This document shows, one piece after another, positions 47,799 through 49,237 of a stretch of DNA of 49,237 nt. How positions within the stretch are numbered: position 1 is the first letter of the stretch; each line of letters begins with the position of its first letter. A program made the translations under genes and the position numbers. Source of the DNA: Guillardia theta CCMP2712 (Eukaryota > Protista > Cryptophyta). The stretch spans positions 1 through 49,237 of the forward strand of contig NW_005434644.1 of assembly GCF_000315625.1 (NCBI RefSeq), written 5' to 3'. The notes below the pieces were generated by a model. The model was not told the origin of the DNA and searched no databases. It saw only the letters and a program-made list of their open reading frames with translations.

Positions 47799-49153
47799 CT
47801 CTCCTGAATCATTTTCAGTTGGCGTTGCAAGAGGCAGAGACGAAAGTCAACGACCTCAGAATGGTATGCTGACCCCTTGCACAGCGCTCCTCCTCCTCCT
47901 CCTCCTCCATCTTCTCCTCCTCATTATCTCCTCCTCCTCTCCCTCTTCTGGTTCTCATTTCCTCATTTCTGGACTTGCAGCGGCTGGAGCAGGCTGAGCT
48001 TCAACTGGGCGAGGCGACGGTGAGACGAGGAGGAGAAAGAGGAAAGAAAGGGGGGGGGGGCGGGGAGAGAGGTGGAGGAGAGAGGAAGGAGAGGGAGGAG
48101 GATGTTCACTGGCAGTCAGGCCCTGCATGAGGTGGAGAAGAAAGAGCTGCAGGAATACTACGAGAAGGTACTGTTCTTCCCTCCCCTCCGCTCTCTTCTT
48201 CCTTTCTCCGCTCTCTCCCACTGTGCTTCCTTCATTCCTTCCGTTCTCACTTGCTCTGTCTCAGGCTCTGGGAAAGATGGACTGCAAGGATCAAGAGGTA
48301 AAGATTTCTTCGCTCCCCCGCCTCCTCCCTCATCTCCTCCTTCTCCACTTCTCCTCACTGCTGTCAACCGCTCAGGATGCGATGAAGAGGATGAAGGTGG
48401 AGGAGAGTCGAACAATGCTGGAGGTGAGACACCGATGCCTTCCTGCCCCTCCTTCCTGCCGTCATCGAACCCCCGCCCCCTCCTCCCTCCTCCCTCCTCC
48501 CCTTCCTCCCTCCTCCCTTCCTCCCGCCTTTCTCCTCCCTCCTCCCTCCTCCCTCCTCCCTCCTCTCAGTCTTCAGCCTTCTCTTCGTCTCCCCCTCCCC
48601 TTCTTGTCCCTTCTCTCCCTCTCCACTCCCCTGATTCTTCTCCTAGAGCTCCATCCGCGTTGTGGCCGGGGAGCTCTTCGACGTCAGGCAGCAGCACGAC
48701 AAGCTGAAGGAGGAGGCGAGAAGCTTGCAGGCCCTGCTGCTGGGAGAGGAGATGAAGCAGCTGGAGCAGGCCATTGTAAGGGAGCGAGGACGAGGAGGAG
48801 CGAGGGAGGAGGAGAGGGGAAGGGGAGGGAGGAGGGGCAGAGGAGGGGCTGATTGCGAGTTGGCAGTGCGGGCAAATCGGCAGCCTCTGCGGGAGGATGG
48901 AAGAGGAGAAGGAGGAGGCGTCAGAGCGATTGAAGAAGGTCGAGAGAAGACGAGGAGGAGAAGAGATGAAGAAAATGAGCAGGAAATCACGGAGAGGAGA
49001 AGACTGCACAATCTCGTACAGGAGGTTACTCCTCCTCCTCCTCCTCCTCCTCCTCCTTCCCTGTTTGCTGTCCTCCTCCCTCATCCTCAGCTACTATTTC
49101 TCTCTCTCCTCACACTTCCTACAGCTGCGTGGAAACATTCGAGTCTTCTGCAG
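46713..49153 (+). CDS. CBM20 starch-binding domain + coiled coil + kinesin-14 neck/motor start (partial; continues past the window)
   Basis: CBM20 at about 46827-47087 (VTFSV...MFVIGSLPSLGSWDPRRARKM...TW...FLYQY...VWQ). Exons 46713-47414, 47670-47762, 47819-47863, 47981-48019, 48120-48167, 48265-48297, 48376-48423, 48647-48775, 48867-48938, 48983-49024 and 49125-49153 splice in frame to ...ERRRLHNLVQELRGNIRVFCR, the kinesin-14 neck signature. Confidence 0.85.
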
Positions 49154-49237
49154 GTGCGGAGGGAAAGAGAGAAGAGGGGGATGCAAGGGGGGTGGGGACA
49201 AGGAGGAGCGAGGAGGAGCAAAGGGGGTGGGGTGGGG

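Overview
Eukaryotic nuclear DNA that is gene-dense, with short (about 45-250 nt) GT-AG introns and GGA/TCC-rich simple repeats. The style is consistent with a cryptophyte alga of the Guillardia/Hanusia type; this is an inference from sequence style only. The left 5.2 kb looks like a chromosome end: at least three same-orientation, minus-strand segments are separated by (CCCTAAA)n telomeric tracts. One is clearly an APE-endonuclease/RT non-LTR retrotransposon, one has a (TAA)n tail, and one is a probable internal fragment, which together suggest a SART/MoTeR-like telomere-targeting LINE array. The rest holds about 15 protein genes: two ankyrin-repeat proteins (one with PDZ), a split macro-domain protein, a BtpA/SgcQ-like TIM barrel, Alba/Rpp25-like, an Sfi1-repeat-like coiled coil, a PKD2/TRPP channel, Rab7, a putative GT-A glycosyltransferase and several hypotheticals. 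At the right edge, a gene splices in frame from a CBM20 starch-binding domain through a coiled coil into a kinesin-14 neck and motor start. Intergenic regions upstream of genes repeatedly carry ACCCC/GGTAC-rich islands and GC-rich GGCC/CCGG islands. Three assembly gaps are present (803-902, 31864-32337, 34480-34579). All domain calls are by eye from motifs; no database searches were run.
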